From contig JASGJN010000026.1 of NCBI GenBank assembly GCA_049840735.1, forward strand, positions 480,001 through 544,000: a DNA stretch of 64,000 nt, written 5' to 3'. Position numbers and translations under genes: made by a program. The DNA comes from Anaeromyxobacter sp. Lineage in GTDB: Bacteria; Myxococcota; Myxococcia; Myxococcales; Anaeromyxobacteraceae. Below the pieces are notes generated by a model. It was not told the DNA's origin, did not search any database, and saw nothing but the letters and a program-made list of their open reading frames with translations. This document shows, piece by piece, positions 1-9,859 of this stretch; position 1 is the stretch's first letter; every line of letters starts with the position of its first letter.

Positions 1-342
1 CCGGTGGGCGTGCTGTGCAGCGTGGCGCCCACGCGCGCGCTGCTGCGCGGCGCCATCGGCGAGGTCGGGGCGGTGGCCCGCGCGCGCGGGGTGGCGCTGC
101 CGGAGGGGGTGGAGGACGCCACCCTGGCGGCGCTGGAGGCCATCACGCCCGAGGCCACGGTCTCGATGCAGCGCGACCTGGGGCAGGGCCTGCGCTCGGA
201 GCTGGACGACCAGACCGGCGCGGTGGTGCGGCTCGCCGGGCCGGCCGGGGTGCCGGTCCCGATCCACGCCGCCCTCCACGCCGCCCTCGCGCCCCAGGCC
301 TGGGCGGCCTTCGGCCGGATCCCTGCCTTCCCTCGGACGTGA
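1..342 (+). CDS. panE: 2-dehydropantoate 2-reductase (ketopantoate reductase), C-terminal part; 5' end outside window
   Basis: C-terminal motif SMQRDL..G.RSELD..TGAVVRLA...GVPVP typical of the ApbA/PanE C-domain. Confidence 0.75.
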   Translation, partial: PVGVLCSVAPTRALLRGAIGEVGAVARARGVALPEGVEDATLAALEAITPEATVSMQRDLGQGLRSELDDQTGAVVRLAGPAGVPVPIHAALHAALAPQAWAAFGRIPAFPRT

Positions 343-601
343 GTTTCTCCACACCGCAGAAGATCTCGACGGTCGGGCCCCCTGCGCGCCAAGCTGCGGG
401 AATCCATGCTGTTTTCGGGGTGCCCGGCACCAGCAGGTGCTGAGCCCCTCCACGCGTCCGGGCGCCGCGCGGGGCTTATCCCCCCGGGAACATTCGCCCC
501 GGCGCCTGGCCCGGCGCTTGCCCTTGTGGCGGTTGGGCCACCCCCGCTGATGCGCCGCTCCCGCCCGGAGCGGCCGGCGGCCCGGGCCCGGGAGACGAGC
601 C

Positions 602-1315
602 ATGTCGAGCCTCGTGGAGCTGCTTCAGTCGATGGGCGCGTTCGTGGCGGGCCTGGCCGGCCGGGCCGGCGTGTTCCTCCTGGCCACGCTGCTGGTGCTG
701 CTCCCGGCGGTGATCCTGGCCCTCGCGTGGCGGGGGATGCAGCGGCGGCGCTCCCAGGAGGTGGCGGCGCGCGCCGGCAGCTTCGCCTGGCGCCGCGGCG
801 CCTTCCACGCGCCCAACCACACCTGGCTGGCGCAGCGCGCGCCGGGCGAGCTGGCGGTGGGCATCGACGACCTGGCCCGCGAGCTCCTGCCCTCGGTCAC
901 CGCCGTGGAGCTGCCGCGGCCGGGCGTGATCGTGCGGCGCGGCCAGCCGGCGGCGGTGCTCTTCGCCGGCGCGCGCGCCATCCCCATCGAGTCGCCGGTG
1001 TCCGGGATGGTGGTCCGGCCCAACGCCGGCGTGGCCGGCGACCCGGCGCTGGTGCGGCGCGAGCCCTACGGCGCCGGCTGGCTCTTCTCGGTGGCGCCGG
1101 CCGACGCCGGCTACAAGGCCTTCCCGGCCGAGGAGGGCGCCGAGGCCTGGATGGCGGCCGAGGCGCGCCGCCTGGCGGCGATGCTGGAGACGCAGCTGGG
1201 CGTGGCCGCCGCCGACGGCGGCCCGCTCCCGCCGCCCAGCCCGTCCACGCTGGGTGACGAGGGCTGGGCGGAGCTGCTGCGCAGCTTCCTGCACGAGCCC
1301 GCGCCGAAGGGCTAG
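602..1315 (+). CDS. Membrane-anchored glycine cleavage H-like protein lacking the lipoyl lysine
   Basis: N-terminal hydrophobic helix; H-protein motifs HTW, VGIDD, SPVSG.V, EPYG.GWLF; LFAGARA in place of ESVKA. Confidence 0.75.
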   Translation: MSSLVELLQSMGAFVAGLAGRAGVFLLATLLVLLPAVILALAWRGMQRRRSQEVAARAGSFAWRRGAFHAPNHTWLAQRAPGELAVGIDDLARELLPSVTAVELPRPGVIVRRGQPAAVLFAGARAIPIESPVSGMVVRPNAGVAGDPALVRREPYGAGWLFSVAPADAGYKAFPAEEGAEAWMAAEARRLAAMLETQLGVAAADGGPLPPPSPSTLGDEGWAELLRSFLHEPAPKG

Positions 1316-1330
1316 CTGGGCTTCGCTGCG

Positions 1331-1392
1331 CCGTTCATCCTTCGACTCCGCGAGCCGGCCGCCGGACGGCTCGCTCCGCCCAGGACGAACGG
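1331..1392 (-). repeat. Palindromic REP-like element, copy 1 (between convergent genes)
   Basis: Reverse complement CCGTTCGTCCTGGGCGGAG-[CGAGCCG..CGGCTCG]-CGGAGTCGAAGGATGAACGG matches the other copies. Confidence 0.8.
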
Positions 1393-1417
1393 AGGTCCTT
1401 CCAGGGCGTCGCCTCCT

Positions 1418-3151
1418 TCAGAACGGCCAGCGCCCGAGCTCGAGCGCGTGCCCCGCGATGGCGCGGAGCACGCGGTCCTCGGCCGGGCGCTCCAGCCCGG
1501 CCAGGCTGGCCTCGACGCGCCGCCGCGCCTGCGCGGCCAGCGCCCGCAGGATCTCCCGCTCCGGCGCGGCCGCCTCCACCCCGTGGTCCTCCACGCGCGT
1601 GGAAACGCGCGCCAGCACCGCCGCCAGCGTGAAGAGCTCGATGAGCGCGTCGGCCACCCGCCGCATCACCAGCTGCTCCTCGGCGGCGCGCGGCCCCAGC
1701 CGGCGCAGCACCCGCTCCGCGCCCACCGCCAGCCCGCGCACGCCCTCCTCGAAGATCGCCGCCTCCGGCGCCAGCGCCGGGTGGAGCAGCCGCCACCGGC
1801 CGCGGTCGCGCCGGGCCGCCACCGCCAGCTCGGCGCGGTGCTGCGCCGTCCCGGAGAAGAGCCCCAGCCCGCGCAGCGCGCCGTCCAGCACCCCCTGCAG
1901 CCCGCGCCCGGCCTCCGGGAGCTGCGCCGCCACCCCGTCCAGCGCCGTGAGCGCCAGCGAGAGGCGCAGCACGTCGTTCGTGCCCTCCAGGATCCGGTGC
2001 AGCCGGCTGTCGCGCAGCAGCCGCTCCTGCGCCGAGCCGCGGAGGAAGCCGCGCCCGCCGGCGATTTGCATGGCCTCGTCGGCGGCGCGCCAGAGCGCCT
2101 CGGTGGCGAACACCTTGGCGATGGCCGCCTCCAGCTGCGTGTCCTCGAAGCCCTGGTCGATCAAGCCGGCCACCAGCTGCACCGCGCTCTCCGCCGCGTA
2201 GCAGTCCGCCACCAGGCCGGCCAGCTTCTGCTGCACCAGCCCGAAGGCGCCCAGCGGGCGCCCGAACTGCCGCCGCTCGGCGGCGTGGCGCAGCGACAGG
2301 TCGATGAGCCGCTTCATGCCGCCCACTGCCCCGCCGCCCAGCGCGGTGCGGCCGGCGTTGAGCACCTTCATGGCCAGGCGGAAGCCGTCGCCCACCTCGC
2401 CCAGCACCTGGTCGTCCGGCACCCACACCCGGCGCAGCCGCACCGCCGCGGTGGGCGCCGCCCGCAGCCCCAGGGTCTCCACGCGCGGCCCCAGCGCCAC
2501 GCCGGGCGCCTCGGTCGGCACCAGGAAGGCGGTGAGCGCGTGCGGGCCGCTGCCGGTCCGGGCGAAGACGGTGAGCAGCCCGGCCAGCTGGCCGTTGGCC
2601 ACCCAGGACTTCTCCCCGTCCAGCACCCAGCCGTCGCGCTCGCGCGTGGCGGAGGTCCGGACCGCGGCCGCGTCGGACCCCGCGCCCTCCTCGGTCAGGC
2701 AGAAGGCCGCCAGCCGCTCGCCGCGCGCCAGCGCCGGGAGCCAGCGCGCCCGCTGCGCCTCCGTGCCGAAGAGGAGCAGCGTCCGCAGCCCGGTGGAGCC
2801 GTGGGCGCCCACCGTCAGCGCGGTGGTGGCGTCGGCGCGCGCCAGCTCCTGCAGCACGCGCGCGTGGGCCGCCGCCCCCAGCCCCAGCCCGCCCAGGTGG
2901 CGCGGCACTGTCAGGCCGAAGAGCCCCAGCCCGCGCAGCTCGTCCAGGTAGGCCGCCGGGAGCGCGCCGGCCTCGTCCCAGGCGGCGTAGTCGCCGGCGT
3001 GGCGGGCCAGCACCGGCGCGAGCGAGGTGAGCAGCTGCTGCAGCCCATCCCGCTCGGCCTGGCGCGGCCCGGGGAAGGGGAGGAGGATCTCGTCCTCCAC
3101 CGCGCCGGTCACCATCGACCGGACGAAGCTCGCGGTCCGCCGCTCGAGCAC
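1418..3151 (-). CDS. Acyl-CoA dehydrogenase, long (VLCAD/ACAD9-like) form
   Basis: AFCLTE..AGSD, LDGEKSWV.NG, RRQFGRPL, ILEGTND motifs plus a C-terminal extension. Confidence 0.9.
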   Translation of the reverse strand: MLERRTASFVRSMVTGAVEDEILLPFPGPRQAERDGLQQLLTSLAPVLARHAGDYAAWDEAGALPAAYLDELRGLGLFGLTVPRHLGGLGLGAAAHARVLQELARADATTALTVGAHGSTGLRTLLLFGTEAQRARWLPALARGERLAAFCLTEEGAGSDAAAVRTSATRERDGWVLDGEKSWVANGQLAGLLTVFARTGSGPHALTAFLVPTEAPGVALGPRVETLGLRAAPTAAVRLRRVWVPDDQVLGEVGDGFRLAMKVLNAGRTALGGGAVGGMKRLIDLSLRHAAERRQFGRPLGAFGLVQQKLAGLVADCYAAESAVQLVAGLIDQGFEDTQLEAAIAKVFATEALWRAADEAMQIAGGRGFLRGSAQERLLRDSRLHRILEGTNDVLRLSLALTALDGVAAQLPEAGRGLQGVLDGALRGLGLFSGTAQHRAELAVAARRDRGRWRLLHPALAPEAAIFEEGVRGLAVGAERVLRRLGPRAAEEQLVMRRVADALIELFTLAAVLARVSTRVEDHGVEAAAPEREILRALAAQARRRVEASLAGLERPAEDRVLRAIAGHALELGRWPF

Positions 3152-3284
3152 GCCGGGGCTCCTTGGAGTGAGCCCCTGGCGGGAGTGCCGGGCTCACCCC
3201 AGGAGTATAACGCGGTGCGGCATGAGGCGAAACGGGCCAGAATAGGACGGCGAAAACCGTCGGGACGCCGCCCGGTTCAGGCCC

Positions 3285-4691
3285 TCAGCGGCCGCCGGCG
3301 CTGTAGAGGTCGATGATCCGCTCCAGCGACTTGCGGCAGACGGCGCAGAACGGCACCGGGTTGCGGGTGAACATCACGCAGTCCATCTGCGGCCGGTAGA
3401 AGCCGGAGGCCTCGTAGTTGGCTCCCTCGAAGGCGCCCAGGTCTGTGGCGTGCTTCGCCTTCGAGAGCAGCGCCGACTCCTCCTCCAGCTGCGCCTGGAA
3501 GAGCGCGTCCATCTCCGCCTCGGGCCGGTTCTCGGCGCGGATGCGCTTGCGGCGCTCCTGGAACTCCTGTGCACGCTTGGTGAACAGGTCCTTGGGCCAG
3601 GGCGTGGGGAGCGGCGTGCCCGGCTTGACCAGCGCGCCCCACTTGGCCGCCTTCGGGTCGGCGGTCACGTTGGGCTCCCACGGCTCGGGGCGCCCCTGCG
3701 CCGGGAGGTAGGCGGTGTCGGAGGTGAAGTACTCGTCCGCCAGCGCCGCCAGGTGGTGCCCCAGCTCGTGCACGAAGATGTAGCTGGCCCAGCGGTTGTC
3801 GGCGGCCACGGTGGCGTAGAGGTTGAAGATGCCGCCGCCGCCGTAGGTCTCGCCGTTCACCAGGACGGCCAGCGCGTCGTAGGGCGCGAACGAGGCCACG
3901 TCGCGCAGCGAGCGGTTCTCGAAGGAGAGGATGTACCGCTCCGAGCCGAACGCGTCGTAGGTGGCCCCCACGCGGCTGCGCCGGTGCTGGCCGGTGAGCG
4001 GGCGGGAGACGCCCTTCTCCTCGCTGGGCGGGCAGAGCCCCCAGACGTTGAAGTCGGCCTTGCGCGACCTGAACGGCTCCTTGTCGAACAGCGCGGCGGT
4101 GAGCCGGCGCGCGTCGGCCTCGAACTTGGCCCGGTCCTTCTCGGTGTAGCCGTCGCCGATGAGGAGCAGGTCCAGCTTCTTCCGGGGGTCGCCGCTCTCG
4201 AGGATGGGGATGACCGGGCCGGGCGAGGAAGGCCGGGCGGTGTCCACCTCCTGATCGCGCGGGTCCACCACCAGCGACCAGACCTCGCGGAAGGCGTTGC
4301 CCTCGCCGCGCTTCTTCACCACCAGCTGGACCGGCCGCGCCGGCGCCGGGAAGCGGAGCGACTCGGAGAAGGTGCGCGAGACGCGGCGGGCCTCGTCGGT
4401 CGTCTCCCACTCGCCGTAGAGCGAGGCGTAGCCGCGCGAGTAGGTCACCTGGTTGGTGGCCAGATCGCGGACCTCGAAGAAGTACTTGCCCAGGTTTGTG
4501 TCGTCGAGCGGGCGCGCCGGGTTGCCCGGGAACGGCAGCGGCTCGAGCACCAGCCGGTCCACCGCGAACCGCTCCTCGGTGGCGGTGCCGGTGTGGAACA
4601 CGTCCACGCGGAAGGCCCGATCCGTGGCGGGCGCTGCAGCGGGCGCGGTGGGCGAGGCGGCCAGGGCGGTGGCGAGCAGGGCTGCGAGCAT
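3285..4691 (-). CDS. Secreted M64-family (IgA peptidase-like) metallopeptidase
   Basis: Signal peptide MLAALLATALA; GDGYT, YGGGG, HELGHH zinc motif, FEGANY and C-terminal CVM..FCAVC. Confidence 0.85.
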   Translation of the reverse strand: MLAALLATALAASPTAPAAAPATDRAFRVDVFHTGTATEERFAVDRLVLEPLPFPGNPARPLDDTNLGKYFFEVRDLATNQVTYSRGYASLYGEWETTDEARRVSRTFSESLRFPAPARPVQLVVKKRGEGNAFREVWSLVVDPRDQEVDTARPSSPGPVIPILESGDPRKKLDLLLIGDGYTEKDRAKFEADARRLTAALFDKEPFRSRKADFNVWGLCPPSEEKGVSRPLTGQHRRSRVGATYDAFGSERYILSFENRSLRDVASFAPYDALAVLVNGETYGGGGIFNLYATVAADNRWASYIFVHELGHHLAALADEYFTSDTAYLPAQGRPEPWEPNVTADPKAAKWGALVKPGTPLPTPWPKDLFTKRAQEFQERRKRIRAENRPEAEMDALFQAQLEEESALLSKAKHATDLGAFEGANYEASGFYRPQMDCVMFTRNPVPFCAVCRKSLERIIDLYSAGGR

Positions 4692-4863
4692 GGGGGCGGA
4701 GTCTAAGGGGTCAGCGGCTTCGGGCTGCAGGAAAGAGAGGCCCCGCTTCGCGGTATGGCCATGTCGGCCGGGGTCGCAGACACCCATCGACGGCCGCCCA
4801 TCGGGGACCACCCGATCGTCCAAGGGGTTGCGCTCCGGGCCGATCGCTGTCTACTTAAGGGCC

Positions 4864-5055
4864 ATGACTCCCGGGAACGAAAGCCCACCCCGGGGCTTCT
4901 CGAAGCTGGAAGCGCTCCTCGAGTTCCGGCCGTGGATGCTGGCGCTGGCGGTGTTCCTCGCCTGCGCGATCGGCGTCGCGCTGATGGAGCGGTTCCGCGA
5001 CGCGCCGCCCACGCTCTACGCGCAGGCCACGCCGCCTGCGCAGACGCACCGGTAG
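4864..5055 (+). CDS. Small single-TM hypothetical protein
   Basis: ATG preceded by AAGGG; hydrophobic segment WMLALAVFLACAIGVALM; GC3-rich codons. Confidence 0.5.
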   Translation: MTPGNESPPRGFSKLEALLEFRPWMLALAVFLACAIGVALMERFRDAPPTLYAQATPPAQTHR

Positions 5056-5171
5056 CGCCCCCGCTCCTCGACGGTCGGGCCATCGTCACCGAGCCGACAC
5101 GCAGGCGTCACGGTTCTGCCCGGCTCCGCCGCTACGGTGCAGGGGTCCCACCCTGTCCAGACGAGCGCGCC

Positions 5172-5378
5172 ATGATCGCCCAGAGGGAAACGTTCTACCG
5201 CTGCACCTTCTCCTCCCCCACCGCGCAGGTCACCGCGCACGTGCGCGCCTGGGACGTGGACGAGGCGGTCCAGCTCTTCCGCACCGAGCTCGAGACCGAC
5301 GGCGTCGAGGAGCGCGGGACCATCGACGTCTCGCAGCTCGACGGCCGCGACCACCACCGCGCCAGCTACCGGCCCTGA
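5172..5378 (+). CDS. Small hypothetical protein
   Basis: MIAQRETFYRCTF... with strongly coding-like codon usage. Confidence 0.55.
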   Translation: MIAQRETFYRCTFSSPTAQVTAHVRAWDVDEAVQLFRTELETDGVEERGTIDVSQLDGRDHHRASYRP

Positions 5379-6511
5379 TCGGCCGGGCCGGCCCCCGCCG
5401 CCCCGTCCATGGGCCGGACCGGATCGTCCACCAGCCGGCAGGCCTCCGCGTCGCCGCCCTGGCAGCCGCGCTGCAGCAGCGCGCGCGCCGCGGCCTCGTC
5501 CTCCGGCACGCCGGCGCCGAACCGGTGCAGCACGCCCAGCCCGGTGCAGCCCTCCGCGGCCCCGGCGTCGCAGGCCTGGCGGTAGAGCGCCGCCGCGCGC
5601 GCGCCGTCGCCGGGCACCGCCACGCCCTCCTGGTAGAGCCGCCCCAGCTTCGCGCAGGCCGGCCCGTCGCCGGCCTGACACGCCGCCTCCAGCAGCGCCG
5701 GCGAGGGCGACCTCCCCAGCGCCGCGCCCGGTCCGCCCAGGTGCGCGCGGGCCGCCGCCACGCACTCCGCGGCCGGCAGCGCCGGGCAGTGCTCGCGCAG
5801 CAGCCTGAGCCCCTCCGGCAGGTCCTCGTCGCCCACCGCGATGAGCCCCAGCCCGAGCAGCGCGCAGGCCTCGCCGCCGCCCAGCTCGCAGCCGCGCTCC
5901 AGCAGCGCGCGGGCCAGCGCCGGATCCCGCTTCAGGTGCTGCCGCGCGGCGCCGGCGCAGCCGGCGGCGGAGTGGAGCGCGCAGGCGCGGTCGAGCAGCC
6001 CGGTGCGCCGGGCCTCGGGCAGCGCCGTGGCGGTGGCCACGCAGGCGTCGCCGTCGCCCAGGTCGCAGGCGCGGGTGCGCAGCCGGGCGGCGCGGGCCGG
6101 GTCGGCCTCGGCGGCGGAGCGCTGGGCGCAGGCGCTGGCCGAGCCGGCGGCGCAGCCCTCCTCGAGCAGCGAGCGGGCGCGGGCGGGATCGGCCGGGGCC
6201 ACCAGCCCCGCCAAGCGCGTGCAGCCCTCCGGCAGCCCCGCGCTGCAGGTCCGCTCGTAGAGCCGCTGCGCGCGCGCCAGGTCGGCCGGGGCGCCGGCGG
6301 TGCCGGCCTCCAGCACCCGGCCCAGGAACAGGCAGGCGTGGCGACGCCCCGCGTCGCAGGAGTCCGCCAGGGCCTCGGCGCAGGCGGCGGGCGTGCGCGG
6401 GCCGTCGTCGCGGGCCACCAGCGCGGCGTACAGCTCGCACGGCGAGGGCGGGGGAGCGGCGGCGAGGAGCGCGGCAGCGGCGAGGGCCAGCACCCGCTCC
6501 AAGAACCACAT
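5366..6511 (-). CDS. Secreted cysteine-rich Sel1-like repeat protein
   Basis: Signal peptide; repeated AC..LG..Y..G.G..D..RA..LY..AC..G units. Confidence 0.85.
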   Translation of the reverse strand: MWFLERVLALAAAALLAAAPPPSPCELYAALVARDDGPRTPAACAEALADSCDAGRRHACLFLGRVLEAGTAGAPADLARAQRLYERTCSAGLPEGCTRLAGLVAPADPARARSLLEEGCAAGSASACAQRSAAEADPARAARLRTRACDLGDGDACVATATALPEARRTGLLDRACALHSAAGCAGAARQHLKRDPALARALLERGCELGGGEACALLGLGLIAVGDEDLPEGLRLLREHCPALPAAECVAAARAHLGGPGAALGRSPSPALLEAACQAGDGPACAKLGRLYQEGVAVPGDGARAAALYRQACDAGAAEGCTGLGVLHRFGAGVPEDEAAARALLQRGCQGGDAEACRLVDDPVRPMDGAAGAGPADQGR

Positions 6512-6536
6512 CCCGGGCGCCGGGGGAAGGATCCGC

Positions 6537-7199
6537 TCAGCCCGGCGCGAAGCAGCGGTCCAGCAGCTCCGCCAGCATGCGCCCGGTGAGCCCCCACACC
6601 ACCCGCGCCTCGTCGGCGTGGAAGGACCAGATGCGCAGGTGGCCGGTCTCGCCGTCCACGTCCTCCAGGTCCACCCGCGCCTCGCGCAGCGCGGCGGCGA
6701 GCTCCGGCGGGAGCCGGCCCGGATCCCAGAGCGTGGCGCGCCGGACCGCCGGATCGAGCAGGCGGGCCAGCGGCAGCTCGAAGGCCTCCTCCACCTCCCC
6801 GTCCGCCGCCGTGAAGGCCGCAGGCGGCGAGGCCACCGCGGCCACCACCGGCGTGACCACGAAGCGGGCCACGCTCACCACGTCGTCCAGCCGGCCCAGG
6901 CAGCGCACGGCCCCGGGGGCGAGGCCGATCTCCTCGCGCGCCTCGCGCAGCGCGCCCGCCTCCGGCGCCTCGCCCGGCGCCAGGCCGCCGCCCGGGAAGC
7001 TGATCTCGCCGCGGTGGTGGGGCAGCGCCAGAGAGCGGCGCGTGAAGAGCAGCGCCGGCCCCGCGGGGCGGGAGAGCAGCGGCACCAGCACCGCGGCGCG
7101 GCGGAAGCCCTCCACCGCCAGGGCGCGGGGCGGCCGGGCCGCCAGCGCGGCCTCCACGCGGGCCACGGCGGCCTCGAAGGTGGGGGCAGGCGGGGGCAC
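6537..7199 (-). CDS. Nudix hydrolase, CoA pyrophosphatase (NudL-like)
   Basis: AAVLVPL, FTRRS..L..H.GEISFPGG, ALREAREEIGL, VWGLTG. Confidence 0.9.
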   Translation of the reverse strand: MPPPAPTFEAAVARVEAALAARPPRALAVEGFRRAAVLVPLLSRPAGPALLFTRRSLALPHHRGEISFPGGGLAPGEAPEAGALREAREEIGLAPGAVRCLGRLDDVVSVARFVVTPVVAAVASPPAAFTAADGEVEEAFELPLARLLDPAVRRATLWDPGRLPPELAAALREARVDLEDVDGETGHLRIWSFHADEARVVWGLTGRMLAELLDRCFAPG

Positions 7200-7300
7200 G
7201 CCGGTGATCTAACCAGGCGCCCCGTCCGGAACACGCGGCGTGGTGTCTCGCAGCGCCCGGTCCAGTTGACCCACCCCTCCGGATCCGCCAAAAACATCGG

Positions 7301-8980
7301 ATGCGCAGCGACAGGATCAAGAAGGGCTTCGAGCGGGCGCCCCACCGCAGCCTCCTCCGCGCCACCGGCCTCACCGACGCCGACTTCGACAAGCCGTTCA
7401 TCGGCATCGCCAACAGCCACGTCGACATCATCCCCGGCCACTTCTTCCTGGCCGAGTACGGCCGGATCGCCAAGGACGAGATCCGCAAGGCCGGCGGCGT
7501 GCCCTTCGAGTTCAACACCATCGGCGTGGACGACGGCATCGCCATGGGCCACGAGGGCATGCGCTACAGCCTGCCCTCGCGCGAGCTCATCGCCGACTCG
7601 CTCGAGACGATGATGAACGCGCACTGCCTCGACGCGCTGGTGTGCATCCCCAACTGCGACAAGATCGTGCCCGGCATGCTCATGGGCGCGCTGCGCGTGG
7701 ACGTGCCCACCGTGTTCGTCTCCGGCGGCCCCATGAAGGCGGGCCAGCTCTCCGACGGCACCGCCATCGACCTCGCCACCGCCTTCGAGGCCGTCGCCAA
7801 GCGCTCGCGCGGGGAGATGACCGACGCCGAGCTGTACGAGATCGAGTGCAAGGCCTGCCCGTCCGGCGGCTCCTGCTCGGGCATGTTCACCGCCAACTCG
7901 ATGAACGTGCTCTGTGAGGCCATGGGCGTGGCGCTCCCCGGCAACGGCACCATCCTGGCGCTCACCCCCGAGCGCGAGGCGCTGGTCCGCGCCGCCGCCC
8001 GCCGCGCCGTGGAGATCGCCGGCGACGAGCGGTTCCGCATGCGCCGGGTGGTGACCGCCGACGCCATCCACAACGCGTTCGTGGTGGACATGGCCATGGG
8101 CGGCTCCACCAACACCGTGCTGCACATGCTGGCCATCGCGCGCGAGGCGGGGGTGCCCTACGGCCTGCGCGACATCGAGGCGGTGGCCGGGCAGGTGGCC
8201 CACATCGCCAAGATCGCCCCCTCGCTCTCCACCGTGCACATGGAGGACGTGCACCGCGCCGGCGGGGTGCCCGCGGTGCTGAACGAGGTCTCGAAGCGCG
8301 GCGGCGTGGTGCGGACCGAGGTCCTGACGGTGACCGGCCAGACCGTGGGCGAGCGGATCCGCGGCGCCCGCATCACCGACCCGGCCGTGATCCACCCGCT
8401 GGAGGAGGCCTACTCGCCGGTGGGCGGGCTGGCGGTGCTCTTCGGCAACCTGGCCTCGGAGGGCGCGGTGGTGAAGACCGCCGGCATCCAGCCCTCCATG
8501 CGCAGGTTCACCGGCAAGGCCATCTGCTTCGACTCGCAGGACGAGGCGGTGGCCGGGATCATGGCCGGCAAGGTCCAGGCCGGCCACTTCGTGGTGATCC
8601 GCTACGAGGGGCCCAAGGGCGGCCCGGGCATGCAGGAGATGCTCTCGCCCACCGCGCTCATCATGGGCATGGGGCTGGGCGAGAAGGTGGCGCTGGTCAC
8701 CGACGGCCGCTTCTCCGGCGCCACCCGCGGCGCCTGCGTCGGCCACGTCTCGCCCGAGGCGGCCGAGGGCGGCGTGATCGGCCTGGTGCAGGACGGCGAC
8801 GCCATCACCATCGACGTGGAGAGGCGCGCGCTCACGCTGGACGTGCCGGACGTGGAGCTGGCGGCCCGGCGCGAGCGCTGGAGGCCGGTGCGCCGGCAGG
8901 TCGGCTCCTCCTGGCTGCGCCGCTATGCACACCTGGTGACCAACGCGTCGGCGGGGGCGGTGCTGCGGTCGGATCTCTAG
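7301..8980 (+). CDS. ilvD: Dihydroxy-acid dehydratase
   Basis: [52 protein letters not shown]. Confidence 0.97.
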   Translation: MRSDRIKKGFERAPHRSLLRATGLTDADFDKPFIGIANSHVDIIPGHFFLAEYGRIAKDEIRKAGGVPFEFNTIGVDDGIAMGHEGMRYSLPSRELIADSLETMMNAHCLDALVCIPNCDKIVPGMLMGALRVDVPTVFVSGGPMKAGQLSDGTAIDLATAFEAVAKRSRGEMTDAELYEIECKACPSGGSCSGMFTANSMNVLCEAMGVALPGNGTILALTPEREALVRAAARRAVEIAGDERFRMRRVVTADAIHNAFVVDMAMGGSTNTVLHMLAIAREAGVPYGLRDIEAVAGQVAHIAKIAPSLSTVHMEDVHRAGGVPAVLNEVSKRGGVVRTEVLTVTGQTVGERIRGARITDPAVIHPLEEAYSPVGGLAVLFGNLASEGAVVKTAGIQPSMRRFTGKAICFDSQDEAVAGIMAGKVQAGHFVVIRYEGPKGGPGMQEMLSPTALIMGMGLGEKVALVTDGRFSGATRGACVGHVSPEAAEGGVIGLVQDGDAITIDVERRALTLDVPDVELAARRERWRPVRRQVGSSWLRRYAHLVTNASAGAVLRSDL

Positions 8981-9046
8981 CGCTGCAGGTTGACCTCCGG
9001 GATCTCCCGGGGTGAGATGGGCGCCTTCTCCAACCCCGGGGTTCCC

Positions 9047-9823
9047 ATGTCCGAGCCGCTCCTCGCCCACCCGCCGCCGCTGCAGACCGCGCCCTTCACC
9101 GTCGGTGGCGCCATCTCCACCACGTTCGCGGTCTGGGCCAGGAACCTCGTCCCCTTCACCCTGCTCACGCTGGCGCTCGAGGCTCCGGTCTACCTGCTGA
9201 CCTGGCTGGCGCAGGACGGGGGCAGCGGTGCCCAGCGCGCCGTCCAGTTCCTGGGCCAGCTGGTCAGCCTGGTGGTCACCGCCGCGCTCACCTACGGCGT
9301 GCTGCGCAGCCTGGCGGGTGAGCGGGTCGAGCTCGGCCGGCTCTTCTCGGTCGGCCTCAGCCGCTTCGGGGCGGTCCTGGGGACCTCGATCCTGGTCGGC
9401 CTGGCGGTCATCGTCGGCCTGATCCTGCTGATCGTGCCCGGCATCATCGTCGGCGTGGGCCTCTCGGTGGCGCTGCCGGCGCTGCTGGCGGAGAAGGACC
9501 TCGGCGCCACCGCCGCGCTGAGCCGCTCCTGGGAGCTCACCAAGGGGCGCAGGTGGGAGGTCTTCGCCGTGCTGCTGGTGATCGGCCTGGTCATGCTGGT
9601 GGGCGTCCTCGTGCTCGGCGGCGTCATCGGGCTGGCCGTGGGGGTCACGGCCGGGCTGGGCGGTGACGGGACCGGGTTCGTGGCGCTGGTGGGCATCGCG
9701 GTGGGGGTGATCTCCGCGCCCCTGACCGCGCTCTACGCCTGCGCGCCGGCGGTCCTCTACCGCGACCTGCGCGTGCAGAAGGAAGGCGTGGACACGGCCA
9801 GCCTGGCGGCGGTGTTCGAGTAG
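9047..9823 (+). CDS. Multi-pass membrane protein (GDPD membrane-domain-like); start could be 9017
   Basis: Several TM helices; ALSRSWELTKG and Y.DLR.QKEG.D motifs. Confidence 0.7.
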   Translation: MSEPLLAHPPPLQTAPFTVGGAISTTFAVWARNLVPFTLLTLALEAPVYLLTWLAQDGGSGAQRAVQFLGQLVSLVVTAALTYGVLRSLAGERVELGRLFSVGLSRFGAVLGTSILVGLAVIVGLILLIVPGIIVGVGLSVALPALLAEKDLGATAALSRSWELTKGRRWEVFAVLLVIGLVMLVGVLVLGGVIGLAVGVTAGLGGDGTGFVALVGIAVGVISAPLTALYACAPAVLYRDLRVQKEGVDTASLAAVFE

Positions 9824-9859
9824 CGCTCCGCGGGGCGGGCTGCGGCCTCGGCCGTGGCC

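Noticed and set aside
3245..3285. GACGG-CGAAAA-CCGTC hairpin followed by GGGACGC as a c-di-GMP riboswitch
   Set aside because: Lacks the GCAAA elements and second stem; better explained as a simple intergenic hairpin
9041..9068. GTTCCCA match to the ECF -35 motif
   Set aside because: No matching -10 element at the required spacing, and it overlaps a start codon
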